Shown here: piece after piece, positions 26,231 to 39,915 of the stretch
Position numbering within the stretch: position 1 is the stretch's first letter
Layout of the letters: each line of letters opens with the position of its first letter
Source of the DNA: Octopus vulgaris
Lineage: Eukaryota
Assembly: GCA_951406725.2 (NCBI GenBank)
Contig: OX597817.1
Coordinates: forward strand, 30,194,001-30,258,000
Reading direction: 5' to 3'
DNA length: 64,000 nt
The notes under the pieces: model-generated
Databases searched by the model: none
What the model saw: the letters and a program-made list of their open reading frames with translations, nothing else
What the model was told of the DNA's origin: nothing
Program-made: the position numbers and the translations under genes

Positions 26231-28179
26231 GTGGAGATGCAGATGAATGCAATTAGACTTGACAGATACATACACATACACACACACACACACATATAGG
26301 CATATATCGGTCAAGCTTAATTGTGTTTATCTGTATTACTAAATCATTACCTCCATATCAGTTCATCATGGATTTCTCTCATTGCCACAGGTTGACACTA
26401 TCGACCAAGACATGGATGAAGATTTTGGAGTTCAAATTCATTTGATCACTGCTACATGTTTTCTATACTCAGCCTATCTAGCTTTCACCTACTGTCCATA
26501 TATGCATGCATGCGTGTGTGTGTTTGTGTGTTTGTGAGTGTGTTTGTGTGTGTGTGTGTGTGTGTATGTAGTTTGATAAGTAGCATGCTTTGAGTTACTT
26601 TTGTTAGTTTCTGCTGATTAAAATATATAAAAGCATTTATACACCTGTAATGAGTCTTGATTCTCTTGTTTATTGTATCAAATCTGTGTGTGCATACACG
26701 TGTGTTTGTTGGTGTGTATGTATGTGTATATTCGTGTATGTGCATGCATGCGTGTGTGTGTGTGTGTGTGTGTGTGTTTGTACATGTGTGCGTTTGAAGC
26801 AGAGAGTGAAAGTGATGTTTTAGAGAAAGATAAACTTGATTTAGGAAATTTAAGTAAAATAGAAAATAGAAAATAATGAATTATTTAGCAACACAAAGAA
26901 AAATTCCGAACAGCCTCCTGCAACCAATACTTCAATAAATTTATTCCAATTGCTCCTATAAATCTGTGGCTTCTTGAGAAAAACAATTCAAAATAAAAAG
27001 GAAGTAGGTAATTGAATAAACGTATTCCTAAGTAAAATCATAAATTATTTCCAGTGATGCTATACTAACCCAAAGTTTTTTTTGTCATGTTTGCCGATAG
27101 TACTCATGACCTTTTTGAGGGAATCTTGGGTTGCTGGAAGAAAGCAAAGATATTGCTCTATGAACAAAGGCCTGGCCTGAGAGCTTGTAACGAGGTTCAC
27201 TCCACTAAGGACGCACTACAGACAGGGATGTTTTTTCAACCAAGTAATGAATTGAGTCTGCCAAGAATTAAGTAATGGCTCAAGAACAAGGAAACAATTT
27301 CTCTAATGGATCTCTTCTACGTAGTTTCTATTTACTAGTTTTCAGTTTGAAGTCTTTGTTGTAGCCAAGTATTCAGTAGACAATATATACTCAAGGTTCT
27401 GAGCTGTGGAATCAAATAAAAAACATTGTATTTGTGAAGTGAGCTTAATCATAGAGTCATACCTGATCCCAATTTTCTAGATTCATCCCCAAATCATTAC
27501 AAGTAATAAGCATGCACACATGCAAACGCACATACATGTACACACATACATACACACACACATATATACATTCATACATACATACATACATACATACATA
27601 CATACATACATACATACATACATTCATACATACATACACACTCACATACATACACACATGCATACGTACATATATATCATGAACTAACTGTTACTTCCTC
27701 AGATGCAGCATGGAATTTTGTCAGGGAACAGGGTGAGGTCTCAAAGCGACAAAGATATTTTGACAAATTAAATTTAAATGTTGAAGTGAATCTAACGGTT
27801 TTTGTGTGTTTCTTAAATGGCTTATAAACACGTTCCACACTGCAATTGTTTTTGTTCCAGCACACGATCTCAGATCAAGTCACTTGCTATGCAAGTACAT
27901 CTCTGTAATTACAAGTAATGTTATTTAGTAATCACAAGCAGAGTAGTGAAAATGGAAACCATTGTAGAAAACTAATGAAGATCAACCATTCAAAATGAAT
28001 TCGTCCACAGTGTTTTGTGTCTCTTGACTTTGTTCTCCTAATTTGATGGTATTATGAAAATACTGTTATTTGACATGCATGTATTCTGTTAATTTCTACT
28101 ACATGTTTGTCTCTGCCAAAGGTTTCTGCTTAGAAATATTAGAGTTTTCTTCTGCCTCACTTCATAAAACTTATTCTAT

Positions 28180-28353
28180 AGGCGTAGGAGTGGCTGTGTG
28201 GTAATTAGCTTGCTTACCAACCTCATGGTTCTGGGTTCAGTCCCATTGCCTGGCACCTTGGGCAAGTGTCTTCTACTATAGCCTCGGGCTGATCAAAGCC
28301 TTGTGAGTGGATTTGGTAGACAGAAATTGAAAGAAGCTTGTCGTTTATATATA

Positions 28354-28424
<71 letters not shown>

Positions 28425-28600
28425 ATGTTTGTGTGTGTTTGTCCCCCAAACATTGCTTGACAACCAATGCTGGTGTGTTTACATCCCCATAACTTAGCAG
28501 TTCGACACAAAGAATAAGTCCTGGGGCCAATTTGCTTGACTAAAGGTGGTGCTCCAGCATGACCACAGTCAAATGACTGAAACAAGTAAAAGAGTAAAAA
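28180..28600 (+). mobile_element. SINE family A
   Basis: Homologous to 13698-14190. Confidence 0.85.
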
Positions 28601-28809
28601 AGTACTGCTTGAACTATTTATCTTCATTCATGTATGGGTCAACAAATATGCAACCAGTAAGATACTGGCCAAAATAATGAAACCATTGCTATAAAATGGC
28701 AACATTTCCTTTCCAGCTGGAAACACTTCATTTGATAAATGCATGAATGTCATAAATTCCCATTTTAAATTCTGCAAGAATTTTCCCTCGCTTCAACCAG
28801 CGTCACTTC

Positions 28810-29050
28810 ACTGGCACATGTAAAAAGATTCAAGCGAGGTCATTGCCAGTACCGCTTGACTGGCCCCCGTGCCAGTGGCACGTAAAAAGCACCCACTACA
28901 CTCTCGGAGTGGTTGGCATTAGGAAGGGCATCCAGCTGTAGAAACTCTGCCAGATCAAGATTGGAGCCTGGTGCAGCCATCTGGTTCACCAACCCTCAGT
29001 CAAAATCGTCCATGGAAAGCGGACGTTAAACGATGATGATGATGATGATG
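28810..29050 (+). mobile_element. SINE-like family C
   Basis: Homologous copy. Confidence 0.8.
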
Positions 29051-29686
29051 TTGAGGAATTAGTCTTGCATTTCGATATTGGCAAAATAGAGGCTAGTTTC
29101 TTGATATTTCCTGCGTGGCCTAGTTTTGATTGCTAGTTGTAGCATTTTACTTACATTGCTGATGCCCCTAACAGAGACACTTTTATTTCTCCTCCAATAT
29201 AAATATAAATTCTAGTAACTACACACACACAAAAAAAAAATTAATATTATAAGTTTTTTCTTTTTTCGTAAAGATGTAGGGAAAATAAAATATTTAGAAA
29301 TGTAAAAACTGTTTTTTATTTCTCTGTATTGCTCAAAGGTTTCACCTTCATTTTATTTGAACAACTCCATGTTTTGGTATTTGCTTCGGAATCAATTTTC
29401 CCCTTGATAGAAAATATAAGTAGTACAGTATATAATATTCTGTTCTGCTAGTATCATGTAAAAATAAGAAATGTTTAAAAACAAAATAAAATGTACCTTA
29501 TAAGGTTAGGAAGACAGAAAACAGTATTAAACCTACTTTTGACACATACATGTAAAATTGTGCTGAATCAGGAAATCTTATTTTAGAAATAATATTAAAC
29601 TGATATTTATGAAATGGGAAGAAATTTGAAAAAGTGGTTCACTACTAAAATTTATTTATATATATATATTTATTTATTTATTTATA

Positions 29687-29739
<53 letters not shown>

Positions 29740-29811
29740 GTTACTATTATTATTATTATCCTTATTATTATCATCATCATCATTATTATTATTAACGATA
29801 ATAATGATAAC

Positions 29812-29889
<78 letters not shown>

Positions 29890-30174
29890 AAGAAGAAGAG
29901 ACAACACTTATAAAGGACCAAAAATGGCAGTGAGTTGGCAAAAAATCCTTTGCAGCATTCGTTATAATCCTTTACATTCAGGGTTCAGCTCCTGTTGACG
30001 TCAACCTCGACTTTCATCCCTCTGGATCTGATAAAAATAAAGCACCAGTCAAGTACTGGGGCTGAACAGTATTGATTACACCTTCCCTTCTCAAACTTGA
30101 TGAGCTTCTACTTATGATGGAAACCAGTATATACAACCAAAAGTACCTTAATGCATTTAGTTTCATACTTAAAG

Positions 30175-30345
30175 ATCATCATCATCATCATCGTTTAATG
30201 TCTGTTGTCCATGCTGGCATGGATTGGACGGTTTGACAGGAGCTGGCCAGTCTGGGGCCTGTACCATACTTCTGTGTCTGTTTCGGCAGGGTTTTTATGG
30301 CTGGATGCCCTTTCCAACACCAACCACCCAGCAGAGTGGACCACT
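30175..30345 (-). mobile_element. SINE-like family C (diverged)
   Basis: Reverse-complement homolog of the 3' part. Confidence 0.7.
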
Positions 30346-30589
30346 TTACTTTTAATTTTATCCAGAGCGGAATCAACCATATCTAGTTATCAACTCTGTA
30401 CGTCATCTGTCAAGTACTTGGAGTACTATAACCTTTTATGAAATGTATGCCCCTTTCCCACAGTTAGAAACCATTTTTGAGGTATTGATGTAATCAACTA
30501 ACCTGCTTCTCTCATTATTCCTGACTTTGTGCCTAAATCCGGAACAATCATTTTTATTATTATTATTATCATTATTATTATTATTATTA

Positions 30590-31108
30590 TTGAGTGAGAG
30601 AGCAGTGCAAGCCATCAAAGTGACACTGGGGTAAAATATATGAAGCCCAGTATACCCATCATGACTACCCATCTGATAAGGGTACACCAGGCACATGCAT
30701 CAAAACCAAATGTGCGTGAAATGGTGATCCCATATCAAGATAAACAGCACATGACCTTGCAGGTGGGGCCCAGTTAGAATTTTCTTCTGGTCGAGTAGCC
30801 CATCCCACTCAAAAGGTCCCTGAATAAGGGTTGTTTAAGGATATTGAACCGACCACCCATGTTTCCAGAGGTGAATTGTCCAAACCTCCAAGAATTCCTT
30901 TCAACACACGGCTATGATGCTCCCCCACTACTTCTGCTCATGATCAGAGGTGCACATATCGTCAGCCACAAAAGGACATGATCAACTGGTTAAGGTCAAA
31001 CAACTGACAAGTAAATCTGTGGTATTGAGCAGAATATTTGCTGTAGTCCATCTTTTATACCAAGACAAAACAATGTACATGATAACACTTCCAATGTACA
31101 TGGCAACA
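30590..31108 (-). mobile_element. Non-coding repeat between (TAA)n tracts, probably a non-autonomous retroposon
   Basis: It is a ~520-bp GC-richer block bounded by (ATT)n on both sides, with no ORF. Strand is inferred. Confidence 0.45.
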
Positions 31109-31129
31109 CTTATTATTATTATTATCATT

Positions 31130-31655
31130 ATTTACTTTTAATCTGTATGTTTGTTACAGTCACTCACCGAGACACACCCAGTGTCCTAGGGTGAATGAAG
31201 GATGAGAGATGTTACAGTATGACTGAAAGCTCGGGGAGGGAAATTGGAAGGGGCAGTAGCAAAATATCTTCATGTAATGCAACACAGACATTTAAATTGA
31301 TAGGGTTTTCCTAAGGATGTGAGCAGTACTTGTCAGCACAATGTTTTGGATTTCTCTGAGACATGGTTCTCCTGGGATATTATCTAGATATTTCTGACAT
31401 CCCTTTCTTATCATAACTAGGGCACCCACAATAACAGGAACAGTTCTTGCTTTAAGATGCCACATCTTTTGTATTTCAAATTCCAGGTCCTTATATTTAC
31501 TTAATTTCTCAAATTCCTTTACAGATATATTTTTATCAGTGGGAACACTTACATCTATTAGTCTGGTGGTATTTTCTTCTCTGCCTTTATTAACTAAGTC
31601 TGATCGATTAGCTTGGATCATTCTGTTGGTGTTGAGTGGAAAATTCCAGTAGTTA
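31130..31655 (-). mobile_element. R4/Dong-like non-LTR retrotransposon 3' fragment (restriction-like endonuclease domain)
   Basis: It encodes YWNF..NTNR.IQANRSDL...LIDVSVP.D.N...KE.EKLSKYKDL..EI..MW...VPVIVGAL...TAHILRKTL and is bounded by (TAA)n-type repeats. Confidence 0.85.
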
Positions 31656-31668
31656 TTATTATTATTAT

Positions 31669-31752
<84 letters not shown>

Positions 31753-31768
31753 AAGTGGCGGCAGCAGC

Positions 31769-31803
<35 letters not shown>

Positions 31804-33345
31804 GAAGAGGAGGAGGAGGAGGAAAAGGAGTAGGACACATGGCCTAGTGGTTAGGGTGTTGCACTCATGATCACAAGATTGTGGTTTCAATTCCTAGACC
31901 TGGTGGTGCATTGTGTTCTTGCGTAAAAAACTTTATCTTACACTGTTCTGTAATCACTTCAGCACCTGACACATAGCACACCGGAGTGGTGGTGGGAACA
32001 TCATAGCTATGTATTAAGAGAGATTCTTTGGGGTTTTAATAAATGTGATAAAAGCAAAGTTTGAAGGGAATATTGCCATTTTTCATACTTTTGAAGAGTA
32101 AGAAAATAAGAAATAACAATTGCTACCCAAGGACAAAATTCATGTTACACAGTGTTATTTTTTCAGTTTTGCTCTTAAAAGTCAGATGTATATCATAACA
32201 AACTGCAAATATTATTGGGGATAAAAATTGAAATAAAGAAAAAAAAAACAAAAGAAGCTCAGTTTAATTTCAGACAATATGTATTTGTAGAACAAAGTGT
32301 GCAGTTCTGAGAAAAGTCTTTTACCTAGTTTAGGAATGAAAAATATCAACAGAAAACATTTGATTTATTAGACTAAGTAGTTTTGCATTTACTGTGAAAA
32401 TCTTACTTCATTTAGTAGAATTTTTAAAAGACAGTCATGTGGAATTGGTGCAGAGTCATGTTGTGGTAAACCAAAGAAAAAATAAAAAAACACATAGTAT
32501 TGCTATTGGAGTTATTTGGTCTGACTTGGAGGCTGAGGAATTACAGAAATTGTTTGGCAAGAATTTTAGGCAGCTTTTATCTGCTTACTCATTACTTTTT
32601 GTTTTTTATTCATTCATTTATTTATAGGTTTTGTTTATTTTTAGTGTTTCTCATTGTTTATATATTTTGCTTTATTTTTTTTCAATCAAATTTCACCTAA
32701 GATATCCAACTTGATAAATGAATATCTGCCAAACTGAATGTTTAGCCATTCAAATAGCTAAAATAGAAGATACATTCTGTCTAGAAGTCAGCACGTAAAT
32801 TGAATTAGAAAGTGGATAATGAAATAATAAAGACAAAAGAAAAGGCAAACCTAGTAAAGGTAGGACAAAAGGAAAAACTAAACAAACTCATATAGTTAGG
32901 AAAAGATGCACAGTCTAGTTAGCTGCTCATGGAAAACTAGTTTAACTTTAATTATTATAATTGTTTATCATTGTTGTTATGTAGCCTCTAGATTGACCAT
33001 TATCTATCAGAACTTTGATGAAAGACATTCCAGACACGACCATCCCTACTTTTTACAGACAGTGCATCAAAGACTACATTTTCAGAATATCTCTCTTGTT
33101 TCTTTATTTTCTTTTGATTTGAAGATGATACAGTGAATTTAAGAAATATTTGGCAGCTATCTCAAGCAGATCAAGCAACCATGCCAAAACTCATTGGCTT
33201 GTACTACCAATGGTATTCTTAGTTGCTAAAGTAGTAATGCTTTGTTGAGATAGTAGTTACTTCTCACATACACAGCTTTCATATTCCTATTTGAAATATT
33301 TTGTTTTATTCTAAAAAGATCAGCAGCAATTAAAGGATGAGTTGG

Positions 33346-33410
<65 letters not shown>

Positions 33411-33411
<1 letters not shown>

Positions 33412-33672
33412 TCATGCCTAATGCACCTATCATAGTAGGTGCATTAGGCATGATAAAAAAATATTCAGACAAATACATAACAAAAACACCAGGACTTACA
33501 AACACATATAACATACAGAAAATTGCACTACTAGGCACTGCACACATCCTACGCAGAACACTTTCCATACAATAACCATCAGAGCATCACAACAAATCAC
33601 AGCACATACCCAAGGCACACAGAGCTGCGCTCGGTAGTGAAGTGAAAGCACGCTATAAAAATAAAACTACTG
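33411..33672 (+). mobile_element. Second R4/Dong-like 3' fragment inserted in (TAA)n
   Basis: It encodes PIIVGALGMI...IQKIALLGTAHILRRTLS* plus a 3' UTR, with (TAA)n on both sides. Confidence 0.83.
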
Positions 33673-33690
33673 AATAATAATAATAATAAT

Positions 33691-33985
33691 TGTGTACAGT
33701 GCTCAGGTGCACTACAACTCATCTAAAGTGTATATATAATCAGGTGTAGTTTCGGCGGATTTCGGAAAGCATGAGGGCCTTAAAGGATGCAGTGTCATGG
33801 CAGTCAACAACTGACACAGGCAGTTTATTCCATGCTTCAGCAACTCTGAGCGTGAAAAAATGTTTTCGAAAGTCATGGGAGCTGTGTTGTTTTCTGACTT
33901 TGTAGGCATGTCCATGTGTGTTAGACACATGGAGATCAAAAAGGTGTTCAGTGTTGTTGTTGGTGAGGTGGTTGATAACTTTGTG
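33691..33985 (-). mobile_element. CR1-like LINE 3' end
   Basis: It encodes THGHAYKV...RKHFFTLRVAEAWNKLP..VV..SFK, followed by an (ATT)n tail. Confidence 0.85.
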
Positions 33986-34094
33986 GGTGTTTACCAAGTC
34001 CGAATATTAACAGGCATTGTGAAAAATGTGATAGAAGTAAATGCTAAGAATTTATCTTCCATGATATATTAAAGCCAATAATAAAACCATTTTA

Positions 34095-34850
34095 AAGGCG
34101 GTGAGCTGGTAGAAAAGTTAGCACACTAAGCAGTATTTCGTCTGCCGTTACGTTCTGAGTTCAAATTCCGCCGAGGTCAACTTTGCCTTTCATCCTTCCA
34201 GGGTCGATTAAATAAGTACCATTTACACACTGGGGTCGATGTAATCGACTTAATCCGTTTGTCTGACCTTGTTCGTCCCCTCTGTGTTTGGCCCCTTGTG
34301 GGTAGTAAAGAAATAGGTATTTTGTCTGTCTTTAGGTTCTGAGTTCAAATTCCGCCGAGGTCAACTTTGCCTTTCATCCTTCCAGGGTCGATTAAATAAG
34401 TACCATTTACACACTGGGGTCGATATAATCGACTTAATCCGTTTGTCTGTCCTTGTTCGTCCCCTCTGTGTTTGGCCCCTTGTGGGTAGTAAAGAAATAG
34501 GTATTTTGTCTGTCTTTAGGTTCTGAGTTCAAATTCCGCCGAGGTCAACTTTGCCTTTCATCCTTCCAGGGTCGATTAAATAATTACGATTTATACACTG
34601 GGGTCGATATAATCGACTTAATCCGTTTGTCTGACCTTGTTCGTCCCCTCTGTGTTTGGCCCCTTGTGGGTAGTAAAGAAATAGGTATTTTGTCTGTCTT
34701 TAGGTTCTGAGTTCAAATTCCGCCGAGGTCAACTTTGCCTTTCATCTTTTCAGGGTCGATAAATTAAGTACCAGTTGCGTACAGGGTTCGATCTAATCAA
34801 CTGGCCTCCTCCCCCAAAATTTCTGGCCTTGTGCCTAGATTAGAAAAGAA
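34095..34850 (+). mobile_element. SINE family B tandem array (184-bp period, three full units and a partial fourth)
   Basis: TTCTGAGTTCAAATTCCGCCGAGG occurs at 34153, 34337, 34521 and 34705. TSD-like AATAATAA(A/G)ACCATTTT flanks both sides. Confidence 0.88.
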
Positions 34851-35115
34851 TAATAAGACCATTTTGATGTTGTTATTGTTTGGTAAATGACTTGATCAGT
34901 GAACATGCATTTAACTGAATCAATTACTGAATCAGGATAACCTTTTAAAAATAAACATATAGTAATATATTGATTTTAAATTTTAGCACAAGATCATCAA
35001 TTTCAGTGGAGGGGTCAAATCAATTACATCGACCCCAGTGTTCTACAGGTACTTATTTTATCAAACCCAAAAGGATGAAAGGCAATGTCGACCCCAGTGG
35101 TATTTGAAATCAGAA

Positions 35116-35346
35116 GGCGGCGAGCTGGCAGAAACGTTAGCACGCCGGGCGAAATGCGTAGCCGTATTTCGTCTGCCATTACGTTCTGAGTTCAAATTCC
35201 ACCGAGGCTGACTTTGCCTTTCATCCTTTCGGGGTTGATAAATTAAGTACCAGTTACACACTGGGGTCAATGTAATCGACTTAATCCGTTTGTCTGTCCT
35301 TGTTTGTCCTCTCTATGTTTAGCCCCTTGTGGGTAATAAAGAAATA
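35116..35346 (+). mobile_element. SINE family B nested in an older antisense B copy (about 34975-35432)
   Basis: TSD GGTATTTGAAATCAGAA at 35099-35115 and 35347-35363. Confidence 0.88.
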
Positions 35347-35464
35347 GGTATTTGAAATCAGAATGTTAAGTTAGAAGAAATGCTACCAAACATTTTCTCC
35401 AGTGCAGTATCAATTCTGTCAGCTTGCCACCTAAACATATAGTAATATATTAAATTTTCTTTAA

Positions 35465-35685
35465 CCCTTTCATTACCGTATTTATTTTGAGATGCTCCGT
35501 GTTTCTTTCAGTTATTTAAAATATAACAAAGAATTTAGTAAAATAACTTAGCTATCATTCAGCCAGTGTTAGGAACATAAATTGTGACTAAGGTTTGGTG
35601 GAAGGTTCTAATTCAAAACTTAGGAAAACAAGACATTTGTACTACAGAGCCAGAGGCGGTTTCAGCCGGGTTGATAACGAAAGAG
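35465..35685. mobile_element. piggyBac-like MITE
   Basis: TTAA flanks both sides and the TIRs are CCCTTTCATTAC / ATAACGAAAGAG. It matches the 61109 copy. Confidence 0.82.
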
Positions 35686-35875
35686 TTAATTCTGTGTAAT
35701 GCAAAAGCTTGAAAATGCAAACAAGATTATGTGATATCATATTTGATAATATTATTATAAAATAAAGAAAAGTAAATATGATGATACACATATATATTAT
35801 TTAGATATTATAATATTTCTGCAGTGTAAATAAGATAATCACAGTATTTGGGTTTTTATAAGGTCCTCTCTCTCT

Positions 35876-36283
35876 CTCTTTTACTCTTTTAGTTGTTTCA
35901 GTCAGTTGACTGCGGCAATGCTGGAGCACCGCCTTTAGTCAAGCAACTCGACCCCGGGACTTATTCTTTGTAAGCCCAGTACTTATTCTATCAGTCTCTT
36001 TTGCCGAACCGCTAAGTGACGGGGACGTAAACACACCAGCATCGGTTGTCAAGCAATGCTAGGGGGACAGACACAAACACACAAACATACACGCACACAT
36101 ATACATATATACATATATACGATGGGCTTCTTTCAGTTTCCGTCTACCAAATCCACTCACAAGGCTTTGGTCGGCCCGAGGCTATAGTAGAAGACACTTA
36201 CCTAAGGTGCCACGCAGTGGGACTGAACCCGGAACCATGTGGTTGGTAAACAAGCTACTTACCACACAGCCACTCCTGTGCCT
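35876..36283 (-). mobile_element. SINE family A
   Basis: Reverse-complement homolog. Confidence 0.85.
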
Positions 36284-37314
36284 ATATATATTCTAAAAAT
36301 TGTTTCAGACAAACAGGTTACACCTTCTAAAAACAATGCCAGGGTTTAGGACAGACAAGTAGTCATTCAAGAAAGAGCCTGTCAGAATTGATGAGCTCTA
36401 TCATATTATCTGTTAAATGCAGTAATATTATTCATAATCAAAAGAGAAAATATATTTCAATGGTGGAAGAGGCTTATTAGTAGAGGCTTATTCCCAAAGT
36501 TATTAAGATTATGAAATTACAAAAGTGAAATATTTCTTCTCAACAGTATTAAATGAATACAAATATGTGATCATATTAATCAGAATGGAATGTAAGTCTG
36601 AATGTGAGTTCTCTCATCATGTGTCAGTTTATACAAATGAATCAATTCTTCTCTGAAACCTAACTTCAGATTCTAGAAAAAGACTGGAAATATTCATCGC
36701 TTTTGAGAAAGTAGAGAGTTAGGTGCAAATCCGTTGATTTAAAATACATGAATGTCAGCCTTATAATTTAGATACTCAATCAAGTGCAAGTGTACATTTT
36801 AGTATGGATGCATGCCTGTGAATGTAAAGGCCACACACATACATACATACATACATACATACATACATACATACAGACATACATACATACATATTCACAT
36901 ACATACATACATACTTACATACATACATACATACATATTCACATACATACATACTTACATTCATACACACATACATACATACATACATACATACATACAT
37001 ACATACATACATACATACATACATACATACATACATACACACATACATACATACAGACATACATATATGCATACATATATGCATACATATATACATATAT
37101 AAATATTTATTTATATACATATATATATATATATATATATACAATATATAAATATTTATATATACATATATGAATATATGTGTGCCTGTATGTGTATGTA
37201 TGAATATATATGTGCATGTGTGTGTGTGTGTGCAGGTGTGTGTGCGTGCGTGTGTAAAACTGTACCCTACAGCAGAAGTTTTAAGACTGATCCTTCTGGT
37301 GATGTAAAATATTT

Positions 37315-37523
37315 GTGGCAGTGCCACATAAAAGTGCCTGTGCAGTGCCATGTAAAAAAGCACCCAGCACACTCTGTAAAGTGGTTGGCATTAAAAAGGG
37401 TATCCAGCTGTAGAACCCATGCCAAATCAAACTTAAGTCTGGTGCAGCTCCCTAATGTGCCAGCTCTGGTCACACCATCCAACCCAAGCCAGCATCGACA
37501 ACGAGGGTTAAATGACGATGATT

Positions 37524-37573
<50 letters not shown>
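37315..37573 (+). mobile_element. SINE-like family C (diverged)
   Basis: Homologous copy with a long (GAT)n tail. Confidence 0.75.
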
Positions 37574-37576
<3 letters not shown>

Positions 37577-38230
37577 AACTCGTGCTGCCCCATCAAGCAT
37601 TCCTTACGTCTCATTCCCCTTAAATCCTGCCACCCATCACCTTTCTATCCATAGTACTATTTTACAACTGTTATCACTTGAAGGCAGTATTGACACTCAC
37701 TAGTCCTCCCACTTTCTTTGTACTACCAGTTACCTCCTCCCTGTTGAAACCACCTCCATCTCTTATGGCCATTATCCTCCTCCCTTTCTCACCCCACCCT
37801 ATTTTTACCTCTTTTCTGTACCTTCAGCTATCTCTCTCCTCTGCCATGCAAACATTTCAATGTTTCACATACCTACTATCTTTCATGGCACCCTCTCATA
37901 TCCAAAATCAGGCCCCACTCGTTATACACTCTCATACTCAACATCTCTCTCCTCACCACTCCTGCACCTTGCTTATTATAGCCGTATATTCTAGGTCTAT
38001 CCACCAAGAGGAGGTAAAGCTACAGTGAAGGAGTTCTTCCTCTTGAAGGACAAGAACTGGTACTAGCATGGGATCAAAGAAGTAGCAAAAAGGTGGCTTC
38101 AAACAGTGGAACACAATGGCTTCTATTTTGAATTCTAGACTGCTTTTGTGGTTACTTGATGAATAAGTTACCAAACCATTGGAGAAATTTTGACTCAGCA
38201 CAATACATACATATACATAAACAGACAGAG

Positions 38231-38265
<35 letters not shown>

Positions 38266-38306
38266 CATGCATGCATGCATAAGTACAAGTGTAATTTGTT
38301 TATGGT

Positions 38307-38617
38307 TTGTTGTTGTTGTTTGTTCTGTCTTGAGTCATGCCTGGCTCATAAGGGCCAGTTTCCCGGTTTCATTGGCGTATAGGTTCCCTACCTGGATGGA
38401 ATGCTGGTTCATCACAGGTGAGCTGCTAGATGCAGGAGAAAAGAGTGATTGAAAGTTGTGGTGAAAGAGTCAGCAGAAGTTTGCCATTACCTTCTGTTGG
38501 AGCCGCATGGAGCTTAGGTGTTTCACTCATAAACACACATCGCCCAGTCTGAAGTTCGAACATAAAATCCCTCAACCGCGAGTCCACTGCTCTAACCACT
38601 AGGCTATGTGCCTCCAC
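38307..38617 (-). mobile_element. tRNA-derived SINE family D
   Basis: A box TAGCCTAGTGG, B box GTTCGAAC, (AAC)n tail and TSD TTTGTTTATGGT. Confidence 0.85.
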
Positions 38618-39101
38618 TTTGTTTATGGTCTAGGTTGTTAAATTAACAAGTCGCCTGTATGTTATGTTACAAGCAAGTAAAGTACAGACTGCTTTTGTGT
38701 GGTAAAATTAGTTACAGCAGACTATTGTTTAAACTAATATTTATTTGATTTTAATTACATAGCTATGAAATACTTTTAATGTTCACAGAAATACAGGGCC
38801 AGCAATAAACCAATAGTAATTATCTTTGATGGTTGCAGTTAGGAAAGCCATGATTATACTGTAAAGAAGAACACATCAAATCATAATTACTCCCAATGAA
38901 TAGTTGAACACACCTTCGATGAATGTTATTTCTCCTTGATATTTCTTCATACAAGTGAAATCAAATTTCACATTCAAACGAAATTCTTTATTAAAATGAC
39001 ACTTCCTTCAAAACATATATCTATATTAGTTTAAGAGCATACAAATATTCTTGTCTATGTCAAAATTGCTTGAGAAGAGATCAAGTTAAATGGTTTCTTT
39101 A

Positions 39102-39478
39102 TCTATATATATAAAGCTGAAGTTGTCTGTGTGTGGCAGGTTTGGTAACCTTCAACTAACACTATCTCCTCCAAGACCCTGCGGCACAAGTTGACCAAAA
39201 TTGAAGGTATGATAGAAGGCTTGTTCTTCATTCCGTAGAAGATAAAATTCAAATTGGACCAGATTAAGACCAAAAATTATTTACATCAAAAAGGTGCTTT
39301 TTTTCTATGAAAATCCCTATTTTTTACGATTTTTTTTTACTGTTGTGTCGCTATTTTTTGGTGTATTTCAACCAGAAAAATGTTCACTTAAGCTACATAA
39401 TGCAAAATTATTACTTTTCAAAAATTCCAATTCTAAAGGGTCAAAACAAACCTGAGCAACACCGGGTGATACTGCTAG
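39102..39478 (+). mobile_element. Short non-autonomous Helitron
   Basis: The 5' end is A|TCTATATATATAAAG and the 3' end is CCTGAGCAACACCGGG...CTAG|T. It is homologous to 46840-47228. Confidence 0.85.
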
Positions 39479-39915
39479 TCAGTTTATACATCTGCAGATG
39501 ATTCATTCTCAGTCATTCCCCAACAACATATGCTTAAAACTTATATGGAGTAGTCAGTGTACCAGTGACCAGTTGGTTTACTCTTGCAAAAGTTTACTAG
39601 TACTAAGAGCATAGTTTACTCAACTAGAAATGTGTTAAAGCAACGTTGGATGCATTAGTGACTTCAGTTCCAGATTTTTCTTCAAGATTCACTCCTGAAG
39701 TCTTTGCCATGGATATCTATAGCTATAAGGCAACAGAAGTCAAGAATAAGAGCTTGCACCATCTCAATGTAAAAATCAAAATGAACACTTTAAAGATCAT
39801 TGCAATAATTTCATTTGTTTTTGTTCAGAATTTGGCTACTTCATAACAGAATAGATAACATTGCCTCAATCATATATAGTGAAATTAAAAGTTTTATCAG
39901 TCTTCTTATCATATA

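Noticed and set aside
26390-26500. Acceptor followed by VDTIDQDMDEDFG; similar weak candidates at 6494, 15378 (minus) and 32415
   Set aside because: None has a convincing matching donor or recognisable homology.
27676-27905. Possible ribozyme between TTTGTCA and TGACAAA
   Set aside because: It lacks the CTGANGA and GAAA cores and is probably an unclassified repeat.
34095-34850. CRISPR-like or satellite array
   Set aside because: The units are whole SINE bodies with no unique spacers, and the context is eukaryotic with no cas genes.
38560-38617. tRNA genes here and at 40813, 46316 and 31830
   Set aside because: A and B boxes are present, but they continue into SINE bodies (with a tail and TSD at 38307) and form no full cloverleaf.
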